Part shown: one piece after another, positions 14,103-28,587 of the stretch | Layout of the letters: every line of letters begins with the position of its first letter | Position numbering within the stretch: the stretch's first letter is position 1 | NCBI RefSeq assembly: GCF_006345805.1 | Contig: NC_042998.1 | Location: 83,824,001-83,888,000, forward strand | Reading direction: 5' to 3' | Length of the DNA: 64,000 bases | Origin: Octopus sinensis | Taxonomy: Eukaryota | Notes under the pieces: generated by a model | What the model saw: only the letters and a program-made list of their open reading frames with translations | Database searches by the model: none | Told to the model about the DNA's origin: nothing | Translations under genes and position numbers: made by a program

Positions 14103-15329
14103 CTGTGTGTCCATAAGCGACATGTATGTGCTTGTTTGCATGAATATGTGCGAGTATATGTTTGTGAGCGTGCATGCGTGTGTGCGTGCCCTCGTTGTAA
14201 AGGATAATAAAGAGACGAACGGCAAACAGTTACTGGCTGGGAGAAGTATTTTCACCCCATCATTTTGCTTGGGATGTGTACTGAGACTTCCTAGTAAATG
14301 GAGAGTTGCACCAATTTATTTTACTTCTAGTTTTACAGTTAGTTATATTGGTTGATGAACTGTCGCTTTTTTGTATCCCTAATTTCGCCAGTGTAACCAC
14401 CAAGTTCTAAAACATCATTGTAACGCTAACATCATCTTCGAAATCAGCTTCATTAAAAAAAAGAACCTAGAGAGATGGGAACCTAATGAGTTCATGCGAA
14501 AGATCTTTCAGAAAGATGGATCGCCTATTAGCCTAATATGATAGTTTATTACGTCTCCGGAAAGAAGAAAAGGTGAGCGGTAAAATTTGTGCGTTGCATC
14601 AAGATGGTTGACTAGTCTGATAAATGCCATAAAAATTGATCAAGGTCTTTTAAGAATTTTTCAGTTACATTTGGTTAAAATTTCTGAGTATTTATTACCA
14701 TCGTCACCACAAAGGCCTTTTGGAGCATATAGGAACTTAGTATGGAAGTAGATAAGAATATGTAATCCCACTGCATCGTTTATTGCCGCTGACAATCTTT
14801 CTCATATACTTACACCAAAAGAAGTATTGAACATTTTTAAAAATCAAAATGGCATTACCATAAAGTAGATATCTACATCATATAAATAACATAAATTTAG
14901 GAGGTTGTTATGAGTAAAAGAAATTATTGGCGAAGTTGAAAACATATATATATATATGTCCAGTGAAAGACAGAGGGAGAGAGAAAAAGAGAGTGGAGAG
15001 AGGAGGGAAAGAGAAAGATGTGATCGTGATTCTGCACATAGACGTGTACATGGAAATATGCTGTTGATATACGCGCGCACGTGTGTATATGAAAGTGAGT
15101 GGGAAGGAAAGATAGTATACGTAAAAGATAATGTGTGATAAAAAAAACAGTCGATGGTTACATACTTTGATAATCTAGTATTTTACGCCCCCCCCCCGCT
15201 CCCCCAACACACACACACATACGTGTGGCAGAAGTAACGCGTTTTTTATTGGTACTTTTTATAGTTTTCTACTGCATGAAATTTTTTTTTTGTCTTATAT
15301 GATATGATTTTTGAGGGGTGATAGATAGG

Positions 15330-16060
15330 ACGACGCGGAGCAATTGAGTGGCCATCACGATCACCTGATCTAACACCACCTGACATTTTTTACCATTGGC
15401 GGGAATTGTGCCGCCAACGGTAAAATTGACCACCTCGGACCCAGAGGACAAAGAACTGCTGGTCTTCTGTTATAGAGGCGGAGAGGTGGAAAAGGTAGTG
15501 GAAGAACACTACGAGGGAGTACCTTTGGCCTTCACACGGGATCCCAAATGGCCTCCGCAGATAGCTGTGGAGGTCATAACGTTGCTCGTGTTACAAAGGC
15601 TGAAGGGACTGAAAGGGGAATATCGCTCGTGGCCGGGTGACGCCAACTCGAAGCCTGCCATGATTTTAAAGCAAGCATAGGAGATGGTGGAGTACACGGA
15701 CACAAGCGATGATGAGGTGATAAATTGACAAGAGGTTGAAAAACATCAGTGTTATAATATTTTATTGTATGTTATTGCATGTTATTATTTGTAATGGACT
15801 ATTAAGTCCAATAATTGTAAAAACTGTAGTGAGAGGTTCAATACCTCGTTGAGGTGGAAAATTGACAAGAGGTTGAAAAGCCACAGTGTTATAAAGTGTA
15901 AGAGGCTCAGTGCCTCATTTGTAAATGGATTAGTGTTGATTGTATATTGAATATTTATTGTATTGTATGTTATTGCATGTTATTATTTATAATGGACTAT
16001 TAAGTCCAATAATTGCAAAGACTGTCTTGAGAGGTTCAATACCTCGTTTTGTTTTTTCTG
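15330..16060 (+). mobile_element. 5'-truncated fragment of the same ORF1-only element (C-terminal domain plus partly duplicated 3' UTR)
   Basis: ORF 15396-15680 (LLVFCYRGGEV..GVPLAFTRDPKWPPQIAVEVITL) matches copy 1 at 1330-1050. It shares the 3' UTR motif gtaagaggctcagtgcctcattt and is followed by the SINE body at about 16084. Confidence 0.8.
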
Positions 16061-16083
16061 TTGAAAGAAAAAAGAATAATAAT

Positions 16084-16178
16084 GTGGCACCTTGGGCAAG
16101 TGTCTTCTACTATAGCCTTGGGCCGACCAAAGCCTTGTGAGTGGATTTGGTTGACGGAAACTGAAAGAAACCCGTCGT

Positions 16179-16272
<94 letters not shown>

Positions 16273-16718
16273 GAAACAAGTGAAAAAAAGAGAGTAAAAG
16301 AGAATACCTATATATTCTTTTATTCATTTACTTGTTCCAGCCATTTGACTGTAGCCATGCTGGAGCACCGCATTTAGTTGAAAAAATTGACCCCAGGCCT
16401 TATTCTTTGTAAGCGCAGAACTTATTCTATCGGTATCTTTTGACGAACCGCTAAGTTTCGTGGACATAAACGCACCAGCGTTGGTTGTCAACCGATGGCG
16501 GGGGACATACACAGACACACATAAACATATATATATATATAAACACATACATATATATATACCACGGGCTTCTTTCAGTTTCCGTCTACCAAATTTACAA
16601 GTCTTCGGTCGGCCCGTGGCTATAGTAGAAGACACTCGCCCAAAGTGCCACGCAGTGGGACTAAATCCGGATCCATGTGGTTGGGAAGCAAGCTTCTTAC
16701 CACGCAGTCACGCCTGCG
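16084..16718. mobile_element. Two SINE family 1 copies tail-to-tail (partial + copy 16084-16300; near-complete - copy 16325-16718)
   Basis: gtggcaccttgggcaagtgtcttctactatagcc on +; the reverse complement ends ...ccacgcagtcacgcctgcgc on -. Confidence 0.8.
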
Positions 16719-16734
16719 CATATACGTATATATG

Positions 16735-16836
<102 letters not shown>

Positions 16837-17160
16837 TAAGGGTAGACATTGATATTAATGAATTAAAACCAGTGGCCTAGCATATTTTAAAAAATCCGAA
16901 GATTAAAAATTCTATTACATGCAAAATTTAGAGGATTGACCACTAAAAGTGGACAGCCTGTATGCTAGATATAGACGTCAAAATCGTCATTTCCCACGAA
17001 GAATGTGTTCTCAAGAAAAAATTCAGCAGAAAACTAGAGCGTAAAAATGAGCAAGACTAATGAAAATATACGAAATAAAAAACGATTACCTATGAACTAA
17101 TTAGTTTCACTTGTTAATAATTACGTATATGAATACATAAATATATATATATAATATATA

Positions 17161-17198
<38 letters not shown>

Positions 17199-17206
<8 letters not shown>

Positions 17207-18047
17207 ATATTTCGGAATGGTCATTTTGCCAGTTTAGCCAATAAAAACACACGCACTATATATTTGGTAATACTTTGCTTCAGTGTTATTTATTTTTTAC
17301 ATTAATCTTAATCTTATTTCGGCCAGAGTTCTTTCGTCACACTCCTGTGACCGCATCAGTGGTCCTTTGTTTTCTTCTTTCTTATTTGTGTCTCTCCTTA
17401 CTAACCGTCAGCCATATTGTATTTCTATTGTATGTCTTCATTTGCGCATGCTTATATCTCTATGTGCGTCTATGTTTATTTAGTGTGTGGGGGGATGCCT
17501 GTAATATTTGTATCTTCTGTTTATATACGTTCATGTAATTTGTTTTTGTTGTTGTTGTTTTTGTTTATTCTTATTTTGTTCATGTGTTTACATCCACTTA
17601 TTATTATCATTACATATGCTTGTATGTATGTATGTATGTATAACAACAATACTAGTAATAATAATAATAAATCGGAAAAAAATAATAACATAGTTATTTA
17701 TTTCTATTTGTTTATTTATCTGTGTATTTATTATGTTTTCGGGATCCTCTACCGTCATATCTTGTGGTGTGTGCTAGTGTTCCATTCTAGTTTTCTATTC
17801 AGAAATGAAGACATACAATAGAAATACAAAATGGCTGACAGTTAGTAAGGAGAGACACAAATAAGAAAGAAGAAAACAAAGGACCACTGATGCGGTCACA
17901 GGAGTGTGACGAAAGAACTCTGGCCGAAATAAGATTAAGATTAATGTAAAAAATAAATAACACTGAAGCAAAGTAATACCAAATATATAGTGCGTGTGTT
18001 TTTATTGGCTAAACTGGTAAAATGACCATTCCGAAATATAACAATAT
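17199..18047. repeat. Long inverted repeat (arms 17199-17443 and 17803-18047) with a hammerhead-like motif in each arm
   Basis: ~245-bp arms with only a few mismatches. Motif CCA-CTGATGC-G-GTCAC..GTGAC-GAAAGAACTC|TGG at 17884-17923. Confidence 0.92.
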
Positions 18048-19082
18048 CTATTTCAACACACGACTTCACATAAAAAATCTTGCACAACAAATATATAAAC
18101 GTATATGTATATATATATATATATGTTTATATGTATATATATATATATATATAAACATATATAAGCATTCCGTCCTTGCTTCAATGGTTCAATGTGCAAA
18201 ATATGAAGTGGTAACATTTCCGATAGAGTTCATTGACACAAGTTATGTGAGTAAATATATATGTCAACTATAAATTTCCCTCTATTCATCTGTGGCAATC
18301 TACTGATGTTTATAAATTCTAATTCTGCTTCGGATGAGTAAGAACTGCCAACTAAATTTAAGCAGTTGAAATCGGATTCAGATTCTATTTTATCTCTAAT
18401 TCAATTACCTAACTTGAACAGATGTGATGTCATCACGTTGTTTCATTTCCCATTTCATGATATACATATCGCGGTTTTCTCTTTTTTTTCAGTTCTGTCT
18501 GTAAGTCTGTCTGTCTGTCTCTCTCAATCTCTCTCCCTCACTCACTCACTCACTCACTCACTCACTCACTCAATCTCTCATATATACATACATACGTATG
18601 TATGTGTATATTTTAGTTGTGAGAAAGTTGTGTGTTTATAGCAAGTTGTATTCTAATACCCTACTAAATTTTGTTTGTATATTTTACTTGTATAGGTATA
18701 AACTTGCTAGTCACTTAATTATTATTATTATTATTATTATTATTATTGAGTGAGAGAGCGGTTCATGCCATCAAATCGTACTGGCCGACGTTATGTTCGT
18801 TTTTAATTATCGCGGTTATTCAAATGTAAGAACGCAGACGGTGTAACGTGACGAATATTTCCCAAATATATGATTTACAGTAAGTCTGGATGAAGAGCTT
18901 TAAATATATTCATCCAAAACGGGAAATCAATTGATCACGGAATATCTGTATTCCTTACATCTGTAGTTCATACATGGTAAGCCTATTTCTGTTATATTCG
19001 TTGCATTCGCCCGTGTGTATTTTAATAGCAAGACATTTGTGGTTTTAGAGCGATAGCTCCGTTTATAGCGAGTGGTATTTTA

Positions 19083-19127
<45 letters not shown>

Positions 19128-20149
19128 TATATATATATAAACCAAGTCTTTCTCTTTTTAAAATTAAGTGTAAACTGTGAAATCGGTTAAATCTTTAAAT
19201 ATACTAATAAAATATTTTAACTATTCTCAGAGCATGTTCAACTTCTTTTTTTCCTATGCACACACACACACACACAGAGAGAAAGAGAGAGGAAAATTTA
19301 AAATAGAAGGCGTGTCGTAGCTGCGTGGCTCGAAGCTTGCCTTATTTTTATAGGGAGTTCATGGCTCAAATTAGCATATGTTTAGAATATGGTTTGATTG
19401 GTGGAGGCTAGAAACATGACTGATCTTAGATATGTTTGTAGGTTACCCGTTACGCCCGTCTGTTACTATCAAGTGCCAGTGTTAAACGTCGGAAGTTAAG
19501 GTTGACACGGTTGAACAAGTCGAGTGGTAGTACTAAGCTATCAATGCTCTGAATTTTTTCTGACGTCGTGGGAAACAGACAGAAGTTTCTAAACTTAATC
19601 ATTTGTTCATTCTCTACAAATACAACAGAAAACAATACATGATGTTGTTTCTGAAAAATAGGGACATAGGAATTCGTCAAATGTTTGCCTGTACACCCTC
19701 TACCTACCTACCTACCTATCGACCTACCTACCTACCTATCTACCAACCTATCTATCTCTCTATCTATCTATTGAGCCATGTCTGTGTACATACATACATG
19801 CATACATACATATATATGTATATGTATATTTATATATATATATATATTCAGTCAGGAATACTTTTGCAAAACTGTCGTACGTGGGACTTACTACATTTCT
19901 GAAAAATGTTAAACCGTTGTACAATTTTATTATTTTAGCATCCGAAGCAGCTGGAGATACGATAGTTTGACCAAAAGAACCGGCTATATTTATGTGTATG
20001 TGTGTGTGTGTATGTTTAATTTATAAGCAAAGATCCGGAGAAGTATTTACCAGAACTTCAAGATACTAGTAATCACACATACATGGGTAATAATTCCATG
20101 GTGAAGTGAGACGTGTTTAGAAGAACATAAGAGAAATGGAAAATGGAGA

Positions 20150-20520
20150 CCAATGCACAAGATGTCATTTAAATCATTTATATTGCCGACATATGTTTCA
20201 ATGGATACATTAAAATTAATCCGGGAGGGAAACTAATGTGGAATAATGTATCAGTCTCATCAGGGAGGAGATTATAAATAACAGTGCTCGTTAATAAGTC
20301 ATTTTTACAGATGTAGGAAATTATGATATATAAATATATATAATATATGAAAAACAAATTTCTTACATCTGTGAAAGCAGCTTATTAATGAACTGCTATT
20401 TATAATCTCCTCCCTGATAAGCTTGATACATTATTCCACATTATTTTCCCTCCCGGATTAATTTTAATGTATCCATCAAAACATATGTGGCGATATGATT
20501 TAAATAACATCTTGTGCGCT
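20150..20520. repeat. Inverted repeat, ~170-bp diverged arms
   Basis: 20155-20322 is the reverse complement of about 20356-20517. Confidence 0.85.
20186..20265 (-). ncRNA. Type-I hammerhead ribozyme motif in a fold-back element
   Basis: CC-CTGATGA-..gatacatta/taatgtatc..-GAA-ACATATGT-C|GG; GUC triplet. Confidence 0.55.
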
Positions 20521-20558
20521 TGTCTTCTTTTTCCATTTTTCATATATATATATATATC

Positions 20559-20647
<89 letters not shown>

Positions 20648-20668
20648 ATGTATATATATATATGTAAA

Positions 20669-20715
<47 letters not shown>

Positions 20716-20894
20716 ATTATTATCATTATTATTATTATTATCATTATTATTAACATTTACTTACTGAATATGCTTTGTGTATTTTCTGGTGGTTGCAATA
20801 GCGTGGTGGAGTATATACCCTCAAAGTGCTGGGTGTTAAAATATTTATTATACTAGAGATGCTGTTATTTCATGTGTGTGTGTGTGTGTGTGTG

Positions 20895-20927
<33 letters not shown>

Positions 20928-22776
20928 TGTGTGTGTGTGTGTGTGCGTATGTGTGTAGACAGACAGACAGACAGACAGACTGAATGACAGTCTGACATAC
21001 CGCCAGGGAAAGGTGAGTGAGAAAGACACAGATAAATACCAGTAAATGTCTCAAGTTAAACCATTGACCATGTTGCGCTCCCTGTTTTTTTTTTTCGTAT
21101 GATTATGATCCTACTTACCACTCCTACTAACAGGTAAACCGCTACTTTGATTCCTTTCTCAGGCATTAATCTCTATCTTTCTGCTGTCATGACTACATTT
21201 ACTGTGTACGTAGGTGTTCGTATATTTTACGTATGGAACAAGGATAATCAGATTATGCCGTAAGAAAAATAAATGTACGGTGACAAGAATTTGCAGTAAC
21301 GAACCAACGATAGTTGATAACTAGTGAGTTTTGGGGGCATTTTTTACTTAGATTTATTTTCGTTTTCATATTTTTGCAATTACGGGATACAATTCCGGAC
21401 AATTTCCTGCATTTTTAGCCTTACCAGTGAATTATTGTTTCCTTTTGTCGTGCAACTATATTATGGCTTCATTCTGAAAAGCAGTATACAATATGTACTT
21501 ATTAGAAGCCACACTTTGAAAAGCTCTTCATTTTCACATAGGCATCAACAACAAAGACGTCTGTTTCATCGTGTTCAAATCACATCATTTCAATTATTCT
21601 CTACTTCTGACTCTATCTCATTCAGACCTATCCCAGATCCCAACAATTTGCTACCTCTCGACCTGTAATGAAGGACAGATCAACTTTCTCTGAAGTCAGT
21701 CCCTTTCGCGACGTCGATGCCAACAACTCTTTTTCATTCCGCCCACTCTGTTACTGTTAGAACAGAAATCAAATCATTTGCCTACTTAGGCTTTTTGTAT
21801 CAACCAGTTTCCTCCCTTGTACGTTTTACAAATGACCGAACATTACTAAAAATACTTTCATCTTCTATCTCCCTTTCAAAATTATCCTCTATCCTGAGCG
21901 CTAGCTCTTCCTACTTCAGTTGTATGATTACTGAATCGCTGCCTAATCAAATAGTCGAACTCACGGTTTCAAAATCGCACGATCCTCTGAGTTTGTGTTG
22001 AACATATAAACATTGTGTTCCAAATATCATTTCACGTGAAAACACCTATATAAGTTGTTAATTAAAAGCCGTTGAACAAATATGCACTTCTCAAATTTGC
22101 TTTAAAAAGTTTATACAACGAACATGGTTTTGTGCAGGAAAATTTTATATCAGTATTGGAGACATTCTTGACAAGAAGTTGTTTAGTCCAAGCTGGAACT
22201 ATTTTCTCGACTTACTCAATATAACCAAAATTAGAGATCTTACACGGACATAACTGGCTCTTCATCTGTGTAATGCATGCTTGAAAGATGCTATATTTGA
22301 GATGAGAATCCATCACTTCTTGAAAATATTCCATCTTCGTCCTTGCTCTTGTGACAGTATATCTTCATCTTCTTAAGATCAATATATGCAGTATCAGTGC
22401 AAGATTCATTAGAGTGCATTCTACAAACAAACCGTAATATAATCTCTTCCTATTGTGACGTTTTATACACACACACACATATACATACATACATATATAC
22501 ATACATACATACATACATACATACACATATATATAGCACATTTGGTAGGAGTTACATAGGTTATTGTTTAAAAGCTGTTAGGTTTGTAACTTAAATTTTC
22601 GTAGACTCGTCACACGAATCTAGCTTATCAGGCTCAGACGACCGAATGCAGGACAAAGAAAGACCAAGGTGGCTACTGGAAATTGAGCTGCTATTGGTCA
22701 TGGTAGCACCATATACATACATACATACATACATACATACATACATACATACATACATACATACATACATAATACA

Positions 22777-22863
<87 letters not shown>

Positions 22864-24539
22864 CTGTGAGTGCGTGAGAGAAAGGGAGAGAGAGAGAGTC
22901 GCTGCTGATTCTTCAGTAGGTTGTGGTATTTATCCTTTGTTTTGAAACGGTATCGCTTTCCTCGTGTTCAATCATTATTTCTTCCATGTCTCCATTCTAC
23001 CACCACATCCCATACGAAACAATTTGCTCAATTATTATCGCCTTAAAACTACACTTCTCTGGAATTCCAAGTCCAATCATGTTTATTTCTACAAGCATCG
23101 ACCTACAGATGCTGCATTTGATCATCAATCATTTGCTTCAATCACAACAGAATGGAAATATCTACAAATCTCATGAGCACTATTCAATCCCCTTTTCTCT
23201 GTCTCTCTCCTCCTCTACATCTTCCACCTCCTCTCCTTCTAACTAATCACAAGAAACAAAGATGGTTTACTAATATTAAATATGATCTTTTAGGCTGTTA
23301 CGCAGAAAATTTATGTTACTTAGTACTCAGATCATCGCTAATTGACTCATTAATTATTTTACAGATTTCTCTAGTGGAATATGTTTCTTATATTAGTATT
23401 CTGCTAACACTTCGATCTTTATTTAATCACATAGTTTCTTAGACAATTATAAAAGTCTTCCTCCAAATACTGTACGAAAGAAGTGTCTGCACTCTATCTT
23501 TAAGCATTGTTCAGTCAGAAAAATTTCTTTCTATTTTCTTCGTTTAGTGTTCTATTGATCTGTATCTTTTGAGAATTTACTTTTAAAAGATCAGAAATAA
23601 AATAAAATTAAAAGCTCAAACCTGACTCAACAACAATGTCGTAAACAATTGTGATATGTCAAACTATTTTAACAAGAGTCATATCACTTGGGAGAGAAAA
23701 TGGATGCATTCAGAAACGAGAATTAATTAAAAATCAATATGGACATTATTAACCCACAACACATGAAGTTAGTCAATATTTTGGAAGATTCCAAGTGAGA
23801 TACATTCCATTAAAAATTGGTTCTTCATTCAAGTAATGCTGTCATATGTATTTCGTGATGGAAGTTCGCTTGGATGTGAATGCTGCATTGATTAATCTTA
23901 TAGGTACTTCTTTCTTCCAAACCACTTTTATCGTGGAAAGTATTCACAAGTGGTTTTCCTGTAGATTGAATTCAGGGCATCAAGTTAATAAAATACGAGT
24001 TAATTATAACAATTCTTTTGAGTACAGCAGTGACATATACCTGCTTATCCCTTGGTACTTATATACATAGATAAGTGTATTAAGCGTAAAACAACGAACC
24101 ACCGGCGAAAAGATACTGATTCAAAAATCATTAGAGCATCGAACAAAATGCCTTATTGTATTTAATAACTGGTCTCTAAATCTAAGTTCAAATTCTGACA
24201 TGTTCAACTTTTGTATTTATCCTTTTGGAGTAAATAAAACAAAGTACTAATGGTTTATAGTATTCCTCAAAACGCGTGTCTTTGTGCCGACGTTACAATA
24301 TTTTTATTTCTTTCTTTGTCCGATTGACTTCCTTTTTCCTGTTCAACTTTTCATGTGAGCATAGCTTGGAGGTGAAAAGTTTATGCCAAGCTGATGTCAA
24401 TCTGCTATTATGCAATCGGTCCTTTTTGCCGAACCCCTACTCAACTCAACCAGATAAATGTCACAAGAAAAAAAAACGTCTCTGCTTCCTGACTAAAAGA
24501 AGGCAGCAGAACAATCACCGCAATGGACTCAGCTAATAG

Positions 24540-26236
24540 CTGAACCCATCTCAGATGTGACAGCTGATGTTTGACCAAACGTCATAAATCAACAATATTC
24601 TAACACTGGATGAGTGTGTGCAGACTGGTACTGTCGCCTAGCGCGCATCTCAGGCGGGCTGTCGACGGCTCATCTGTGTGTGTAGAGTTTATTTTAAACC
24701 GGAAATACCTCGAGATAGCACTAGCAGGCCAAGAATTTACGGAAATTATGCTTGAAGCCAGACTTAAAGTCCACTAGATCAGATCACCCACTGATTTTCA
24801 TCGATGATCAGAGTTTCCTCGAGAACGTCATCGCTTTAGTCCGCCACTAACCTGCAATAGAACACCAACACGGAACTTCCACCTACCATGTTGTCCAACA
24901 GGTAGAGAGCTGAGCTGGGATTGATGACATTCTGCATCACACACGCCAGTAATATAGCTCAGTCAAAAAGATGACCTGGGGGAACAACGAGTCTGACAAA
25001 CGGCGATCACAATTGTTCACCGACTACGAATCGCTAGAGAAGCCGTAACTTCAGTGCATATCTGTGAATCGATCGCACTACCCGAAAGACAATGACAATG
25101 TGTAGTGCCCTCCACCCAAAGGAAAATGTACACAGGCTATACACGAAGAGAGCTAAGGGTGGACGCAGGTTGATTAGCGTACGGGAGTGCATCAACAGTG
25201 AAAGAAGAAACATGGCAGAATATTTGGTAAACAGCAAATAATACCTGCTACAGTATACAGCTAGTACAGGAGTTAACAAAAAAGGCTTGAGGGTGCTCAT
25301 GAATTCTGAACAAGAACAGCCAACGAGAAAGTAGAAACTCTACTCCGTATGAAATTACATGGTCAGTTTCACCGTGAAACTGACAAATTAAAAGACCAGG
25401 GAGCATCATGGAGGTGGCTCCAGAAAGGTAACCTAAAAAAACAATACTGAAAGCCTAATCACCGCGGCTCAGGACCAGGCATTGAATACCAACTCAGTGA
25501 AAATTAATATATACCACACAAATGCATCGGACCTCTGCAGAATGTGTGGGAAGAGGGTCGAAAGTGTGACTCACATTTTTAGTGCTTGTGAAAGCCTTGC
25601 ACAGAAAGAGTACAAGCGTGGACACGACAAAGTAGCCCAAAACCTCCACTGGCTACTATGCCGTAAGTATGGATATGAGGTTACGGGTGCTTGGTACTAA
25701 CATACACCAGAAAAGGTAATGGACGAAAAGAGAAAGGCAAAAATCCTCTGGAACTTTGATTTCAAGACAAAGTGTTAGGGCACCGAAAGCCGGATATAGT
25801 AACCTTTAGGAGGGACAAACAAGTGTGCCAAATAATCGACATAGCAGTGCCAGGAGACCAACATATCATCATGAAAGAAAGAGAAAAAGTCGATAAGTAT
25901 GGAGACCTGAGAAATGAGATCGCTAGGATATGGTAGCTACCAGAGTCGAATATAAAGGTTATCCCTACTGTCATCGGAGTATTGGATTCAATATCACCCA
26001 ATCTGAAAAAAACATCTGGAAATCTTAGAGATACCCCAAAATCTAGATGAATTGCAAAAGTCGGCATTACTTAGAACAGCACGCATATTGCGTAAAGTAC
26101 TGTCTATCCGAGGTCCTTGTTGTAACTTGACAAACAGTACAAACCCCCGGTAGACCCAATATCTTCAATCAACAACCTCACGATATTGTATACTGTGCGA
26201 CGTCTATAATGATGATGATAATGATGATGATGATGA
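24540..26236 (+). mobile_element. R4/Dong-like non-LTR retrotransposon remnant (restriction-like endonuclease C-terminus), internally deleted
   Basis: 25400-26110 translates, with stops and frameshifts, to AAQDQALNT..CRMCGKRVESVTHIFSAC..YKRGHDKVA..HRKPDIV..IIDIAVP..EKVDKYGDL, i.e. CCHC, RHD and PD..D RLE motifs. It ends in an (ATG/ATA)n tail. The 5' boundary is approximate. Confidence 0.85.
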
Positions 26237-26256
26237 TAACAAGAAAAGATTGTTAC

Positions 26257-26394
26257 CTTCAATCAGGTGTACAACAAGGTCAGAAGTCCTAAAGTCATAC
26301 TTGAGACGCAAGTGAAGTCGACCGTAACACTTCTGTTGAGAGCATTGTTGTAAGATAGTTTCTTTGCGTGGGTAAAGATCCGGTCGAATGGAGC
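26257..26394 (-). CDS. Syt: Synaptotagmin-family gene, coding exon (start of C2A): (G)SIRPDLYPRKETILQQCSQQKCYGRLHLRLKYDFRTSDLVVHLIE
   Basis: Acceptor ttgttgcag|GC and donor GAAG|gtaaca; 138 nt, phase 1-1. The G-x-I-x-P-D-L-Y motif and the GRLHLRLKYD..L.V.LIE first C2 strands are typical of synaptotagmins. Confidence 0.9.
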
Positions 26395-26679
26395 CTGCAA
26401 CAAAATTTAATTGCAAAATTATGTAGCATGATTAAACAATGTGGAGAGTTTTTGATTTATTGTTTTCTTTTTTTTTTCTTAGAATTGCTTTCAAGTTGGC
26501 CGAGAGACGTGGAAAAGAAAGAAGAGCTGTGTGTATGTATGCTTCTTTTTTTCTTGCTTCACTTGTAAGTTTAACATTTAATTGTTGCATCGTGTTTCAG
26601 CAAAGATAAACAGAATGTAAAATAAGAGGGGGAGAATAATCGCAGAAACAGATGAGAGAGGCAAGAAGATGAATAATAA

Positions 26680-27254
26680 TGGCTTCAAATTTTGTCACAA
26701 GGCCAGCAATTTTGGGAGAGGAGTATGTTGATTACATCGACCTAAGTGCTTAATTGGTGCTTATTTTATCGATCCAGAAAAGATGAAAGACAATGTGGAC
26801 CTCGGCGAAATTTGAACTCAGAACTTAAAGGCGGGCGAAATGCCACAATGCGTTTTCCCCCCGGCGTGCTAAAGATACCTATTTCTTTACTACCCAAATA
26901 CGACTACGCATTTCTCCCGGCGTGGTAACGTTTCTGCCGAGGTCGACTTTGCCTTTCATCCTTTCGGGATCGATAAATTAAGTACCAGTTACGCACTGGG
27001 GTCGATGTAATCGGCTTAATCCGTTTGTCTGTCTTTGTTTGTCCCCTCTGTGTTTAGCCCCTTGTGGGTAGTAAAGAAATAGGTATTTCGTCTGTCTTTA
27101 CGTTCTGAGTTCAAATTCTGTCAAGGAGGACTTTGTTTTTCATCCTTTTGCGGTCGATAAATTAAGTAGCAATTGCATACTGGGGTCGATCTAACTAACT
27201 GCCCCTCCAACCCACTCAAAAATTTCGGCCCTTGTGCCTAGAGTAGAGAAGAAT
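26680..27254. mobile_element. SINE family 2 cluster (one - copy, then a + dimer)
   Basis: Same Meta-like core as 11193-11798, in both orientations. Confidence 0.8.
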
Positions 27255-27676
27255 ATCGAGTTAAGAGTAAGAAGGAAAAGCTCGAAAGTAAAAATGCAGG
27301 AAGAAAGAAAATTTTTTAAAATATTTAGGGAATAATCAAAAGAAAGCATGAAAGAAAGAAAAAAATTATTATGTACATCAACCTAGATATACCAGGTTAT
27401 AGGGATGAAATGGATTACATGATAAATATATTCCTAAATAATAAATACCCCCACCGCCTCCTTTATATATTATGGCACACAGATACTCTCAAGTACTTTA
27501 CTACACTTTCAAGAAGCTTATTGCTCCCTGAAGTAACTTACTGCCATCTCTCAAGTACTTACTCGCCCTTTCAAGTATCATACTTCATTCTCAAGTACTC
27601 TACTACAAGAGTATATATATATATATATCATGCTAGCATGGAAAACGGACGCTAAATGATGATGATGATGATGATG

Positions 27677-27736
<60 letters not shown>

Positions 27737-27821
27737 TATATACTTTATTTTTAAATAAATGCATGAAATTCAATATCAAAAAAATTCTCACGAAGATATA
27801 TATGTCTACAATAGTATTGTA

Positions 27822-28362
27822 TCTCTCTCTATATAAACGGCAGTTTGTTTGTCTGTGTGTCTGTCAGGTTGTACCCTCACCCTGACCACGGCTTTCAACC
27901 GATTCTGATGAAACTAAACACACACATAGCCCAATGTCATAATTCAAAACTAACGCAACGAAAATTTTGAAAAGTTCCCCAAGTTTTGAAAAAAAATCAA
28001 TAAATTCGACATGGGGTCGAGAATCTCAGCTCTTTATATGCAACACATTTTCTGTTGTAGTTTTCGCAACTTGCAATCGATTTTCACCAAACTCATGGTG
28101 AAGCTTAATGTTACCCTAAGAAACTTAATTCTGACGTTAGTTTTCCATGCAAAACCTTACCATCAGAAAAAATCGATAAAATCATGCCATTTTGGGAAAT
28201 CGCGTTTTCGCCCAAAGGAACAGCTAGGAACATCGTATACACAGAAGACATTGCAACCTACACATGCGCCTTCGTTCCCTAGAGGGAAAGGACTAGATTG
28301 GGATTAGTCGTTGCCTACTAGGGGCTCTTACATACCCGGGCAACGCCGGGCTATGCTGCTAG
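27822..28362 (+). mobile_element. Non-autonomous Helitron
   Basis: 5' TC start, 3' CTAG end, subterminal hairpin cccgggcaacgccggg, inserted between A and T with no TSD. Removing it restores the host inverted-repeat arm (aatagtattgta|ttaa). Confidence 0.88.
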
Positions 28363-28587
28363 TTAAAAATATATGTAAATATATGCAACATGACATCTTA
28401 AAAATTTTCTTACTAAAGTTTATCTGCATAAATCAAAACCAGTCATGGATTACTGAGATGAACTTACCAAGGATATAAATACAAAGTTTAAATTTTATTA
28501 CCAAAGTCGGCCTGCATAAATCTAAACCAGTAAATTTTAATCTATTTTCAAAAATACTTTCTCATATATTTTTCTAATTTTAAAACA

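Noticed and set aside
22591-22710. Ser-rich minus-strand ORF (MTNSSSISSSHLG...) as an alternative exon
   Set aside because: No convincing splice signals; it is embedded in a microsatellite and looks like a LINE 3'-end remnant.
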